Source: an uncultured Sphingobacteriales bacterium (GTDB taxonomy: Bacteria; Bacteroidota; Bacteroidia; CAILMK01; CAYYUA01). From it: a stretch of DNA of 64,000 nucleotides. The translations under genes and the position numbers were made by a program. The notes beneath the pieces are model-generated. The model was not told the DNA's origin, made no database searches, and saw only the letters and a list, made by a program, of their open reading frames with translations. The stretch spans positions 177 to 64,176 of the forward strand of contig CAZLQF010000006.1 of NCBI GenBank assembly GCA_964561545.1, given 5' to 3'. How positions within the stretch are numbered: the first letter of the stretch is position 1; every line of letters begins with the position of its first letter. This document shows positions 49,851 to 60,050 of the stretch, piece after piece.

Positions 49851-51197
49851 TTGGAAACGTTTATAAGCGAATTTTCAGCGCACCCTTATTTTGCATTTAT
49901 AATTCAACAGTTGGATTTTGTAAAAATTTCTGTCCCTGTTACCATCCTTATTGGGCTGATTATATGCTCCGGTCTTATTTCGGGTTCAGAAGTTGCCTTT
50001 TTCTCTATTAGCAGTAAACAAGTCTTTGAACTAAAAAGCAGCACCTACAAATACCACCAAGCGATCATCAATCTGCTTAAAGGCCCTCGTGTTTTATTGG
50101 GTACCATTTTAATTGCCAATAACATCATCAACATTGCCATTGTCCTATTATTTACGATCATATCAGCCCAGGTTTTTGATTTTGGCAGCAATCCAGTATT
50201 AGCTTTCTTAATTGATGTTGTTGCTATAACCTTCATTTTGGTATTATTGGGTGAGGTAATTCCAAAGGTTTATGCCAACCAGTTAAATATTGGATTTGCC
50301 AGCTTCATGGCCATACCTATGTTTATGCTTAATAAAGTACTCTACCCACTATCCATTTCCCTTGTTAGTATGACCTCTCTAATAGAAAAACGCATTAACA
50401 AGCGAGGACACGATCTATCGATTGAGGATCTTAAGAAAGCCATAGATATTACTTCCGAGGAAGCTCAAAGACATGAAGACAAGCAAATGCTCAAGGGCAT
50501 TGTTAACTTCAGTAATACCACGGTTAAACAAATAATGACTTCACGGGTCGATACTGTTGCTTATAGTATTGATACGCCTTTATCGGAACTTGTTGAGCAG
50601 ATTAATGAAAACCGGTATTCAAGACTTCCTGTTTATGAGGATTCTTTGGACAATGTAAAAGGTGTTCTTTACATTAAGGACCTGATACCTAACCTCAATA
50701 AGGAGGATAGTTTCAATTGGCAGAAACTGCTAAGAAAACCGTATTTTGTCCCTGAAAATAAAAAGATCGATGACCTTTTAAGGGAGTTTCAAACCAAAAA
50801 AGTGCATTTTGCCATCGTTGTGGATGAATACGGAGGAGCCTCTGGTATTATAACCATGGAGGACATCCTGGAAGAAATTGTTGGAGACATCAACGATGAA
50901 TTTGATGAGGAGGATGTATTTTATTCTAAGCTTGATGATTCCAATTATGTTTTTGACGGTAAAACCCCTATTACGGATTTAACACGTATTATTTCCATTA
51001 GTGATGATTATTTTGATTATTTTAGATCTGATATAGAAACTATTGGTGGCCTCATTGTCGAAATAGCAGGCAGGATCCCTCGAATTGGGGAAGTCTATTC
51101 TTACAGTAACTTAGAATTTAAAATTGAAAGCGCTGACCGTAAAAGGGTAAGGCGCGTTAAAATAACCATTCACAACAGAGAGGAAGCAGAAGAATAG
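49851..51197 (+). CDS. gldE: Gliding motility-associated protein GldE (CNNM/CBS/CorC)
   Basis: SGSEVAFFS, GEVIPK, YSRLPV, VVDEYGG; follows ssb as in other Bacteroidota. Confidence 0.88.
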   Translation: METFISEFSAHPYFAFIIQQLDFVKISVPVTILIGLIICSGLISGSEVAFFSISSKQVFELKSSTYKYHQAIINLLKGPRVLLGTILIANNIINIAIVLLFTIISAQVFDFGSNPVLAFLIDVVAITFILVLLGEVIPKVYANQLNIGFASFMAIPMFMLNKVLYPLSISLVSMTSLIEKRINKRGHDLSIEDLKKAIDITSEEAQRHEDKQMLKGIVNFSNTTVKQIMTSRVDTVAYSIDTPLSELVEQINENRYSRLPVYEDSLDNVKGVLYIKDLIPNLNKEDSFNWQKLLRKPYFVPENKKIDDLLREFQTKKVHFAIVVDEYGGASGIITMEDILEEIVGDINDEFDEEDVFYSKLDDSNYVFDGKTPITDLTRIISISDDYFDYFRSDIETIGGLIVEIAGRIPRIGEVYSYSNLEFKIESADRKRVRRVKITIHNREEAEE

Positions 51198-51459
51198 TGA
51201 CCAGCTTTTATGGCTCAATGTAAAGCTACCAAAAGGTCAAGTTGGTAGGAAAATTTAATGCTAACTTTTAAATTGTCATCCTTACATGGTATGGTAGTTA
51301 AATTTGACTTTTTTAGGTGCTTAACCCAGCTCTACCGCTTATTTGATTAATGTTAGTAAAATTCAAAGGTATCTTTATAAAGCTTTGATTGAATGAATTT
51401 TTAAGCCTAAGCTTTCAGTAAATAAATTAAAAAAGCGCTTTTAAATTTCTTCCTAAAAT

Positions 51460-51492
51460 AAAAAAGTCGCCCCAAATGAGGAGCGACTTTTT
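51460..51492. terminator. Bidirectional intrinsic terminator after rpsA
   Basis: AAAAAAGTCGC...GCGACTTTTT. Confidence 0.82.
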
Positions 51493-51519
51493 TATAATAT
51501 TAAAATATGGTTTAGGAAT

Positions 51520-54126
51520 TTAAGATTCTTCGTTTCCTTCTTCCGAAGATGATTTAGAACCTTCCTCAGATTTCTTACTACCACCAGAAGTTGATTTGCT
51601 GGAAGAAGTACCTCCGGAGGATTTCTTAGTTGTAGAAGACTTGGTACCGGTAGATTTCGAACCGGTTGTCTTTTCGGATGAAGATTTAGAAGTGGAAGAA
51701 CTAGTAGATCCAGAACCAGATTTATTACTTGTGCTTGATTTACTCGATGTTGAAGTTTTGGCAGTAGAAGATTTAGTTGCTCCAGATTTACTACTTGAAC
51801 TGGATTTGGTCGAGGATGATTTTTTAGTGGTTGAAGATTTAGCAGAAGTTGATTTGCTACCTGTACTCGCTGATTGTTTAGTAGTTGAAGAGGATTTGGT
51901 ACTACCGGTCTTTTTGGATGTAGATTTGGCTTGAGATCCTTGATTCGAAGTAGAATCTGAAGCTTCCTCTTGAGTACCTGTTGCTTTTTCTTCACCTGAA
52001 GCCTCTTCATCGTTAGGCTTCTCTTCTACCGCTCCTTGAGCTTCTTTCCCACTTGTTTCTTTATCCCCTTCTTCGCCATACTTCATTTTTTCTTCCATCT
52101 CCTCCATTGCCTCTTGTTGCCGTTGCTTTTCGGTTTCTTCCAATTGGCTTTTGAGGGTTTTGAGCGAGTCGTATTCCTCGCCTAAAGTTGGCTGTTCAAT
52201 TTTGGATTTAACATTTTTGACATCTTTCTTGGTTTCAGCCTCTTCTTTCTTACGCTCCTTTTCCTCTGCTTCTTTCCTTGCCCGCTCTTCTTCTTTCCAG
52301 ATGTCTGTATGAGAAACAACTATTCTGCGGTTCTCCTTGTCAAATTCGATCACCTTAAATTGGAGGGTTTCCCCTTCCTGCAATTTGTTCTTATCTTCCT
52401 TCATCAGGTGCTTGTTAGGGGCAAATGCTTCAACGCTATATGGTAAGGAAATAATGGCTCCTTTGTCTTCAATCCTTTCAACAGTTCCCTCGTGAACAGA
52501 ATCGACAAGGAAAATGCTTTCAAAGGTATCCCATGGATCTTCTTCGAGCTGCTTAACCCCTAAGCTAAGCCTTCGGTTGTCTTTATCAATTTCAAGAACT
52601 ACCACATCAATTTGCTCACCTACCTTGGTAAACTCGTTGGGATGATTGTATTTCTTAGTCCAGGAAAGATCAGAAATATGAACAAGACCATCGATTCCTT
52701 CTTCAAGTTCTACAAACAAACCAAAGTTGGTGACGCTTCGAACGGTGGCATTGTGTTGAGAACCAACGGTGTATTTTTCCTCCACTTTTTCCCATGGATC
52801 TTCGGTAAGTTGCTTCATGCCAAGCGATAACTTACGCTCTTCGCGGTCAATACTTAATACGACCGTTTCTACTTCATCCCCTAAATTAACATATTCTTCG
52901 GGGCTCTTAAGATGCTGAGACCATGACATTTCGGAAACGTGAACAAGACCCTCTACACCAGGATGAATTTCTACAAATGCTCCATAGTCTTCAATATTAA
53001 CCACTTTTCCAGTAACCTTAGAACCTTCTTGTATATCGTCCGGTAAGGTATCCCATGGATGATCATAAAGTTGCTTAAGACCAAGGGAAATGCGTTTCTT
53101 TTCTTCGTCATAATCCAATACGACTACATTGATTTCTTGCCCTAGCTCAAGCACTTCTTCTGGGTGGTTAATGCGTCCCCAGGAAACATCAGTTATATGA
53201 ATAAGTCCGTCTACACCGCCTAGGTCAACAAACACCCCAAATGAGGTAAGGTTTTTAACCGTGCCTTCCAGCACTTGTCCTTTTTCAAGACCTGATAGGA
53301 TTTGGGACTTTTGCTGTTCAAGATCGCTTTCAATAATAGCTTTGTGGGAAACTACGATGTTACGGAAAGCTTGGTTAAGTTTTACGACTTTAAGGTCCAT
53401 TGTTTGCCCAACAAAAGCATCGTAATTTTTAATGGGCTTAATATCTATTTGAGAACCAGGCATAAAAGCATCAAGCCCGAGTAGGTCTACAACCATACCA
53501 CCTTTGGTACGGTCTTTAATATAACCTTTAAGGATCTTATCATTATCATGGGCATCCACAATGGTTTCCCAAGCCTTTTCTTCAATGGCTTTCTTATGAG
53601 AAAGGTGTAGCTGCCCTTCGCGATCTTCGGCTTGTTCTACCAACACCTCTACCTCATCACCTACTTTTAGATCTGGTTTATCTTTGAATTCTGAAAGCTG
53701 AACGAGGCCATCCGATTTAAAGCCAATGTTTAATACCACATCCCGATCTGTAATATTAACAACTTTACCCGTTACAAGTTGTCGATCTTCAATGATGCTT
53801 AGATTTTGGGTGTAGAGTTGCTCCAGCTCCTTTTTTTCTTCTTTTGAATACTCCTCTTCTCCCTCTTCAAATTTTTCCCAATCAAAATCTTCTTTGGGCT
53901 GGATATTTTCAGGAATGTGTTGTTCAGCAATTTCTACCTCTGAAACCTCTTTTTCTTCTACTTCGGGGGTTGCTGTTTGTTCAGAAGTTTCTACCGAGGC
54001 AACACCCGCAGCTTCCTGCGAAGTATCTTCTGGCTTACTTTGCTCAGTTTGTTCGGGAGAACCTTGGTTCTCTTTTACTTCTTCAGTTGAATGTTCTACG
54101 TTTTTGTTTTCTTCTTCTTTGCTCAT
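51520..54126 (-). CDS. rpsA: 30S ribosomal protein S1 with long acidic and Ser/Thr/Lys-rich extensions (868 aa)
   Basis: Six S1 repeats (FMPGSQID, DGLIHITDVSW, EGLVHVSEMSW, DGLVHISDLSW). Confidence 0.98.
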   Translation of the reverse strand: MSKEEENKNVEHSTEEVKENQGSPEQTEQSKPEDTSQEAAGVASVETSEQTATPEVEEKEVSEVEIAEQHIPENIQPKEDFDWEKFEEGEEEYSKEEKKELEQLYTQNLSIIEDRQLVTGKVVNITDRDVVLNIGFKSDGLVQLSEFKDKPDLKVGDEVEVLVEQAEDREGQLHLSHKKAIEEKAWETIVDAHDNDKILKGYIKDRTKGGMVVDLLGLDAFMPGSQIDIKPIKNYDAFVGQTMDLKVVKLNQAFRNIVVSHKAIIESDLEQQKSQILSGLEKGQVLEGTVKNLTSFGVFVDLGGVDGLIHITDVSWGRINHPEEVLELGQEINVVVLDYDEEKKRISLGLKQLYDHPWDTLPDDIQEGSKVTGKVVNIEDYGAFVEIHPGVEGLVHVSEMSWSQHLKSPEEYVNLGDEVETVVLSIDREERKLSLGMKQLTEDPWEKVEEKYTVGSQHNATVRSVTNFGLFVELEEGIDGLVHISDLSWTKKYNHPNEFTKVGEQIDVVVLEIDKDNRRLSLGVKQLEEDPWDTFESIFLVDSVHEGTVERIEDKGAIISLPYSVEAFAPNKHLMKEDKNKLQEGETLQFKVIEFDKENRRIVVSHTDIWKEEERARKEAEEKERKKEEAETKKDVKNVKSKIEQPTLGEEYDSLKTLKSQLEETEKQRQQEAMEEMEEKMKYGEEGDKETSGKEAQGAVEEKPNDEEASGEEKATGTQEEASDSTSNQGSQAKSTSKKTGSTKSSSTTKQSASTGSKSTSAKSSTTKKSSSTKSSSSSKSGATKSSTAKTSTSSKSSTSNKSGSGSTSSSTSKSSSEKTTGSKSTGTKSSTTKKSSGGTSSSKSTSGGSKKSEEGSKSSSEEGNEES

Positions 54127-54138
54127 TATGGTTTGTTT

Positions 54139-54146
54139 CCTCCTTT
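54139..54146 (-). promoter_or_regulatory. Shine-Dalgarno-like AAAGGAGG, 12 nt before the rpsA ATG
   Basis: Minus strand reads GAAT-AAAGGAGG-AAACAAACCATA-ATG. Confidence 0.7.
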
Positions 54147-54166
54147 ATTCATTTTATAAGGGCTTG

Positions 54167-54174
54167 CAAATGTA
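54167..54174 (-). promoter_or_regulatory. -7 box (TACATTTG) for rpsA
   Basis: Consensus TAnnTTTG 40 nt upstream of the ATG. Confidence 0.65.
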
Positions 54175-54218
54175 AAATAAATTGTAAAAAATGTTAAATA
54201 TTGACCCAACTTTTTTAT

Positions 54219-54917
54219 TTAGTTATCAATGGTTTGCAACAAATGGTTTGCTAACTCCAAATCAGATTCGGTCGTTATTTTGAAATTTTGTTGATCTCCT
54301 TCTATAAGGGTTATTTCATTGCCATTTGCTTCATAAACTGTTGCATCATCCGTAAAAGCACTTTTATGATCAACTTGGTAAGCCTTTTTGAGCATTTGCA
54401 GGTTAAAAACCTGCGGAGTTTGAATAATTCGGAGATGATTGCGATCAATAGGTTTCCATTGGTTCCCTTCTTTTTGCCGCATAGAACTATTGACTGAAGT
54501 TGCAGGTACCGCATTACCACACTTACGAGCAGTTGCAAATGCATTATGCATTAAGTCCAAACTCACCATAGGCCTTGCAGCATCGTGAACAGCTATCAGC
54601 CCTTCTCGGTTGTGAATTTGTTCTAATGCGTTTTTTACTGAATGGAACCTGGTGGTTCCTCCGGTAATAACTTGATGAGCCGGAAACTCATCATCTTGAA
54701 TCTGGGCATACCAATTGTCAAGATACTCATCGGGAATTGTTACATAGAGATGGATCTCCGGATCAAAACGGTAAAATTGAATGATAGAATGCGCAAGTAA
54801 AGGTTGACCCTGTAACATTAAAAATTGCTTTGGAAGCTTGGTTTGGATCCTGCTTCCAATGCCCCCTGCTGTTATAATGGCGTAATTGCTAATTGATGAA
54901 TTTTTGAAAGAAGCCAA
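54219..54917 (-). CDS. ispD: 2-C-methyl-D-erythritol 4-phosphate cytidylyltransferase
   Basis: AGGIGSR..PKQF, VHDAARP, QTPQVF, TDDA, KITT. Confidence 0.95.
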   Translation of the reverse strand: MASFKNSSISNYAIITAGGIGSRIQTKLPKQFLMLQGQPLLAHSIIQFYRFDPEIHLYVTIPDEYLDNWYAQIQDDEFPAHQVITGGTTRFHSVKNALEQIHNREGLIAVHDAARPMVSLDLMHNAFATARKCGNAVPATSVNSSMRQKEGNQWKPIDRNHLRIIQTPQVFNLQMLKKAYQVDHKSAFTDDATVYEANGNEITLIEGDQQNFKITTESDLELANHLLQTIDN

Positions 54918-54919
54918 CT

Positions 54920-55978
54920 TTAAATAATTAGCATTGCATCACCGTAATCAAGAAAACGGTACTTTTCTTTTACAGCTTCTGCGTAGGCTCTTTTCATTAA
55001 ATCAAAGCCGGCAAAAGCTGTAGCAGTAATCAAAAATGCCGATTTGGGCTGATGGAAGTTGGTAATTATACTATTGGCTATGCTAAAGTTGTATGGAGGA
55101 AATATGAATTTTTCCGTCCACCCTTCATTGGGATTTAAATAGCTATTGGCAGAAACTGATGATTCAATGGCTCTTAAGCTGGAGGTGCCAATAGCGCATA
55201 CCCGGTTTCTATTTTCTAAGGCTCTATTGACTTTATCGGATGTTTCCTGGGAAATCCTGTAATTTTCGGAATCCATTTTATGTTTAGAAAGGTCTTCAAC
55301 TTCAATAGGCCTGAAAGAGCCCATGCCTATATGAAGGGTTATTTCGGCCAAATCAATGCCTTTTATCTCAAACCATTTTAAGATCTTTCTACTAACGTGA
55401 AGGCCTGCTGCCGGTGCGGCTATAGCTCCGGTATTTTTAGCAAAAATTGTTTGGTAATTATCCCGATCCTCATCTTCTGCTTGCCTGTTGATGTAATTGG
55501 GCAAAGGGGTCTCACCAAGCCTGTTTAGTAATTTATAAAATTCATCATCGGAACCGTCAAATAAGAACCGGATGGTACGCCCTCTGGAAGTTGTATTATC
55601 TACTACTTCTGCTACCAAGGGTTCGTTTTCTTCCTCGCCAAAATACAACTTATTACCAACCCTTATCTTTCTGGCGGGATCTACAAGTACATCCCAAAGC
55701 CTGATTTCAGGGTTTAACTCCCTCAGTAATAACACCTCAATCTTTGCTCCTGTCTTTTCTTTTTTACCATACAAACGGGCTGGAAAAACCTGGGTATTGT
55801 TAGCTATTACGACATCACCATCACCGAAATAATCCACAAAATCTTTGAAATACCTGTGTTCAATTTCTCCAGTTTCCCTGTGGAGTACCATCAATCTTGA
55901 TTCGTCCCTGAAATGAGTAGGGTGTTGAGCGACTAATTTTTCGTCAAAATCAAAATTAAAAGATGATAATTTTACCAT
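54920..55978 (-). CDS. queA: S-adenosylmethionine:tRNA ribosyltransferase-isomerase
   Basis: [35 protein letters not shown]. Confidence 0.97.
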   Translation of the reverse strand: MVKLSSFNFDFDEKLVAQHPTHFRDESRLMVLHRETGEIEHRYFKDFVDYFGDGDVVIANNTQVFPARLYGKKEKTGAKIEVLLLRELNPEIRLWDVLVDPARKIRVGNKLYFGEEENEPLVAEVVDNTTSRGRTIRFLFDGSDDEFYKLLNRLGETPLPNYINRQAEDEDRDNYQTIFAKNTGAIAAPAAGLHVSRKILKWFEIKGIDLAEITLHIGMGSFRPIEVEDLSKHKMDSENYRISQETSDKVNRALENRNRVCAIGTSSLRAIESSVSANSYLNPNEGWTEKFIFPPYNFSIANSIITNFHQPKSAFLITATAFAGFDLMKRAYAEAVKEKYRFLDYGDAMLII

Positions 55979-56058
55979 TGGGTTTTATTACTTTTGCTGA
56001 AAAGAAGTGCGAAATTAGGATTTAATTTTGATTATCACACAACAAAATTAACATTAGC

Positions 56059-57321
56059 TTGAATGTTCATACCATTCTTTCATTGTTGAAAGAGAGCATC
56101 GGCTTTGCCTGGCAAAATTTGGTATCCAATAAATTAAGGACATTTCTATCTTTGCTTGGGATCTCCATTGGTGTATTTTGTATTTCAGCCATTCTAACCT
56201 TCGTAGACTCGCTTAATCAAAACATTAGGCAATCCTTGGCTAAACTTGGTGAAAAGGTAATTTACGTCCAAAAATGGCCATGGTCGAACTTTTCGGATTA
56301 CCCTTGGTGGGAATATGTTAACAGACCACAAGTAAGTTACCAGGAAAAGCAAATGCTTGAAAAACGCATTCAAAATGCACAAGCAATAGCTTTCAACGCT
56401 GATGTAGGACGTAAAACCATCAAATCTGGTAATAATACTGCCAACAATGTACCGATAAGGGCTGTATCTCAGGACTTCAAACAAATTTACGATCTAACCT
56501 TTCAAAAAGGGCGTTATTTTTCGCAACCCGAATCCAGTTATGGCAGTGCAGTTACCATTTTAGGTCATGAAATAGCCTCTAACCTGTTCCCTGATCAACC
56601 AGCGGTTGACCAGGAAGTGCGGTTCATGAGCCATAAACTTCAAATTATAGGAGTTTTGGAAAAAGAAGGGCAAAGTATGCTAAGAGGCGGAAGCATGGAC
56701 CGGCAAGTATTTGTTCCGGTCAATTTTGCCCGTAAACAATACCGACTAGACCAAGACGGGGCAAGCACCTCTGTGCTGGCTAAAGCCAAACCGCAATTTC
56801 ATTTAGATCAATTAGAGCAAGAATTAAGGGGGGCAATGCGTTCCATACGAAGGATTAAACCCAAGGAAGAAGGCAATTTTGCCCTTAATCGTATTACGCT
56901 ACTAACCTCCCAGTTGGACAATATATTTCAGGTGGCAAATATAGCCGGATGGTTTATTGCAGCTTTTTCAATCTTGATAGGTGGTTTTGGCGTAGCCAAT
57001 ATCATGTTCGTATCTGTTAAAGAACGCACTCCTATTATTGGTATTCAGAAAGCCATCGGTGCCCAGCAGTCTTTTATTTTGGTTCAATTCCTTACGGAGG
57101 CAATTGTGTTGTGCATTTTTGGGGGAGTGGTAGGCCTTAGCATGGTGGGATTATTGGCGTTCATATCAAATTCGATCTTGGATTTCCAAGTCATAATGAC
57201 CTTTGGCAATGTGTTAATTGGCATAGCCTTATCAGCATTGATCGGTATTTTGGCTGGATTCATTCCAGCTTATCAAGCATCAAGGATGGATCCCATTGAG
57301 GCCATTCGATACGCTATGTAG
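56059..57321 (+). CDS. MacB/FtsX-type ABC transporter permease
   Basis: LRTFLSLLGI, GGFGVANIMFVSVKERT..IG..KAIGA, PAYQASRMDPIEA. Confidence 0.93.
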   Translation: MNVHTILSLLKESIGFAWQNLVSNKLRTFLSLLGISIGVFCISAILTFVDSLNQNIRQSLAKLGEKVIYVQKWPWSNFSDYPWWEYVNRPQVSYQEKQMLEKRIQNAQAIAFNADVGRKTIKSGNNTANNVPIRAVSQDFKQIYDLTFQKGRYFSQPESSYGSAVTILGHEIASNLFPDQPAVDQEVRFMSHKLQIIGVLEKEGQSMLRGGSMDRQVFVPVNFARKQYRLDQDGASTSVLAKAKPQFHLDQLEQELRGAMRSIRRIKPKEEGNFALNRITLLTSQLDNIFQVANIAGWFIAAFSILIGGFGVANIMFVSVKERTPIIGIQKAIGAQQSFILVQFLTEAIVLCIFGGVVGLSMVGLLAFISNSILDFQVIMTFGNVLIGIALSALIGILAGFIPAYQASRMDPIEAIRYAM

Positions 57322-57489
57322 CGATTAAAAATGCCTGAATAGGCAGGCAGTTATCACCCTCAAGCAAATAGCCTTTTAGAGATGCAAGAAAAAAATAAGG
57401 AAAGGCAATCCCATATTAGTGTTAATAAAGATCTTACAATAGACCGCTCCATACAATTAACAATTGGCCCCAATTGCCCAAAATCCTGA

Positions 57490-59289
57490 TTACCCTATCA
57501 TTAACCTGGCTCTGGGATATTTGTAAGCCGTAGTGGGTACCATCGTACTTAGAGCCACGGCCAAAGTTAAAATGCCGACCCTTCCTACAAACATAGAGCT
57601 TATAATGACTACCTTACCAACCTGGGAAAGTTCTGAGGTTATACCTGTGCTTAAACCTACTGTGCAAAAGGCAGATACTTCTTCAAACACAAGCCTTAGC
57701 ATTGTAAATTGAGGATCAGTAATACTTAAGATGAATACACATATTAGAATATAAGTAGCCGCAAACACAAATATTGAAAAAGCCCTGTTCAATAACTCAT
57801 TGGAAATACTGTGATAACCTATTTCCAGTTCTCTTTTACCTCGGATGGTGGAGAATACTGACATAAAGATGATAACAAAAGTAGATGTTTTAATACCTCC
57901 ACCTGTAGAGGCAGAGGAAGCTCCCACAAACATCAGGAATATAAAAATTATCAAAACGGGCGTTGATACAGCACGGATGCTTACGGTACTGAAACCAGCA
58001 CTACGAGTCGTAACGGATTGAAATATAGCGGTGATGAGCTGCTCCATGCTATTTTTTCCTTCAAGCACACCATCTTGTTCCATTAAATAAAAAATCAAGG
58101 CTCCAAAAACGATTAAAGCTATAGATGAGAATAAAGCAATTTTGGTTCCCAGTTCCCACTTTTTCCATGGATACTTCATCCGATCTCTTAGCTTTCCGAT
58201 ACTTGTTAAGTCTTGAATAACATGAAACCCCAGACCACCTAAAAAAATCATAACGGCAAATACCAAATGCAAATAATAGGACTCTTGGTTCAATGCATTG
58301 TTGAGGCCGTTGGTAAAAGTTGAAAACCCAGCATTACAAAAAGCCGATACGCCATGAAAAATAGAATGGAACACTTTACTTCCAAACGATTCAAAATCTA
58401 TTTGAGGTGACCACAGCCCAAACATTAAAACTGTTCCAACCAATTCAATGGTAAGGGTTACGCCAATAACCTGCCTTAATAAATTTTGGGCGGTTTGGAG
58501 GTTGTCTGTATCCATAAACTCTTGGGCTGCCCTTTGATTTTTGAGCCCAAAACCAGTTCTTAAAATCAACGTAAAAAACAATCCAAACGTAATAATGCCT
58601 ATTCCTCCGGTTTGCATGAGCGCAAGTATAACCAATTGTCCTTTTACCGTAAAATAAGTAGCTGTATCTACCACAATCAGACCTGTAACACAAGCACTGC
58701 TTGTAGATGTAAAAAGGGCATCTAAAAAAGGCATGCTTCCTTCAATTTGGGTCATTTCAGGTAGCATTAATAAGCCAGTCCCCAGTAGAATGATAAATAA
58801 AAAGGAGCCAATGAACAAGATAGAGGGCTTAATCGGGAGGTTGGTAATATACTGGCTAAATTTTATAAACTTAATCCCCACAAAAACTAATAAAAAAAGG
58901 AATAGGATGGCTTGGTAAACGAGTTCTAATTCAGGAACGCCCATCAACTTTAGGAGATTATTAAGGGGAGAAGCCTCATTCAGTTTTCCAATAAAGGTTT
59001 CAAGGACAACCAACAAACTTACTAGCATCTCAAACCAATTGGTCTTTATAAAATCCCATCGTTGAAGATGAAAAATGAGCCTTAAAAGAAAACTCAATAT
59101 AAAGTAAACATAGAGATACTTAGCCCAGGTAAGGATTTGTAGGTTTTCGTGTTCCGGATGTTCAAAACCGTAAAAATACAGGATAACCCCTACTGTCAAT
59201 AAAGAAACAAAAAGGCTTAAATAGCGGAGCCCCTTTAAAATTACAGCTCCATTGAAGTATACAAATGTGTTTAATTGCTCCTGGATCAA
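57490..59289 (-). CDS. TrkH/KtrB family potassium uptake membrane protein
   Basis: Four pore motifs: SACVTGL, FCNAGF, TRSAGF, FCTVGLS; also STGGGIK. Confidence 0.94.
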   Translation of the reverse strand: MIQEQLNTFVYFNGAVILKGLRYLSLFVSLLTVGVILYFYGFEHPEHENLQILTWAKYLYVYFILSFLLRLIFHLQRWDFIKTNWFEMLVSLLVVLETFIGKLNEASPLNNLLKLMGVPELELVYQAILFLFLLVFVGIKFIKFSQYITNLPIKPSILFIGSFLFIILLGTGLLMLPEMTQIEGSMPFLDALFTSTSSACVTGLIVVDTATYFTVKGQLVILALMQTGGIGIITFGLFFTLILRTGFGLKNQRAAQEFMDTDNLQTAQNLLRQVIGVTLTIELVGTVLMFGLWSPQIDFESFGSKVFHSIFHGVSAFCNAGFSTFTNGLNNALNQESYYLHLVFAVMIFLGGLGFHVIQDLTSIGKLRDRMKYPWKKWELGTKIALFSSIALIVFGALIFYLMEQDGVLEGKNSMEQLITAIFQSVTTRSAGFSTVSIRAVSTPVLIIFIFLMFVGASSASTGGGIKTSTFVIIFMSVFSTIRGKRELEIGYHSISNELLNRAFSIFVFAATYILICVFILSITDPQFTMLRLVFEEVSAFCTVGLSTGITSELSQVGKVVIISSMFVGRVGILTLAVALSTMVPTTAYKYPRARLMIG

Positions 59290-59445
59290 GCTTTAGGATT
59301 TATTCCTTATACCCGCAAGTGCATTATACTTAGCAAATTTAGAATATTCTTTGAAACAACTGCCTTGCATTTAACGTTAAATTTGATCAAGCGTTAGTAA
59401 TCATAATTTATTTAAATTAGCAAGTTAAATTACAATACATTCAAA

Positions 59446-59832
59446 ATGCCAGAAAGTAAAACCAAAGATATATCGGTCCGCGTGGAAACCAATTTTCAAG
59501 AAGAATCTTCCAATCCTGTTAAAGATCACTTTGTATTTGCTTACCGCGTAACCATTCACAATTTAGGAGAGCAAAGTGTTAAACTATTATCCAGAAAATG
59601 GGATATTATTGATTCCAACACCCAACATCGCAAAATTGAAGGTGAGGGCGTTGTTGGAAGGCAACCGGTGTTAGAACCTGGTCAGTCTCATGAATACGTA
59701 TCCGGTTGCAATTTTCAAACCGATATGGGTAAAATGAAAGGCCATTACATTATGGAAAAAGTAGCTGATGGGGAACAATTTAATGTCGACATCCCTGAAT
59801 TCCACATGGTGGCTCCTTATCGCCTCAATTAG
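59446..59832 (+). CDS. apaG: ApaG (Co2+/Mg2+ efflux-associated protein)
   Basis: FAYRVTI, LLSRKWDI, GEGVVGRQP, YVSGC. Confidence 0.96.
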   Translation: MPESKTKDISVRVETNFQEESSNPVKDHFVFAYRVTIHNLGEQSVKLLSRKWDIIDSNTQHRKIEGEGVVGRQPVLEPGQSHEYVSGCNFQTDMGKMKGHYIMEKVADGEQFNVDIPEFHMVAPYRLN

Positions 59833-60050
59833 GTAGAAGTTTTAATGAAATAAAGTTAAGCCCAATTCCTCTGCCTATTGATTAGGACCCCTATTTACTA
59901 TTGATAAAAATCAACCAATTCCTAAAAAATTATTTTGAAATTAGGAAATGAGCTAAAAATGCGTGTTCAAATGGTTAACAGCGGTTCTCAAGCAAAACTG
60001 ATTTCCCTCCTTTATTTCTGCTCAATGGGGGAGCCCTGATAGCCTCCAAA

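Noticed and set aside
51492-52010. 172-aa alternative-frame ORF and 112-aa antisense ORF over the rpsA tail
   Set aside because: Shadows of low-complexity Ser/Thr/Lys codons that lack stops in other frames; no start context or slippery site seen
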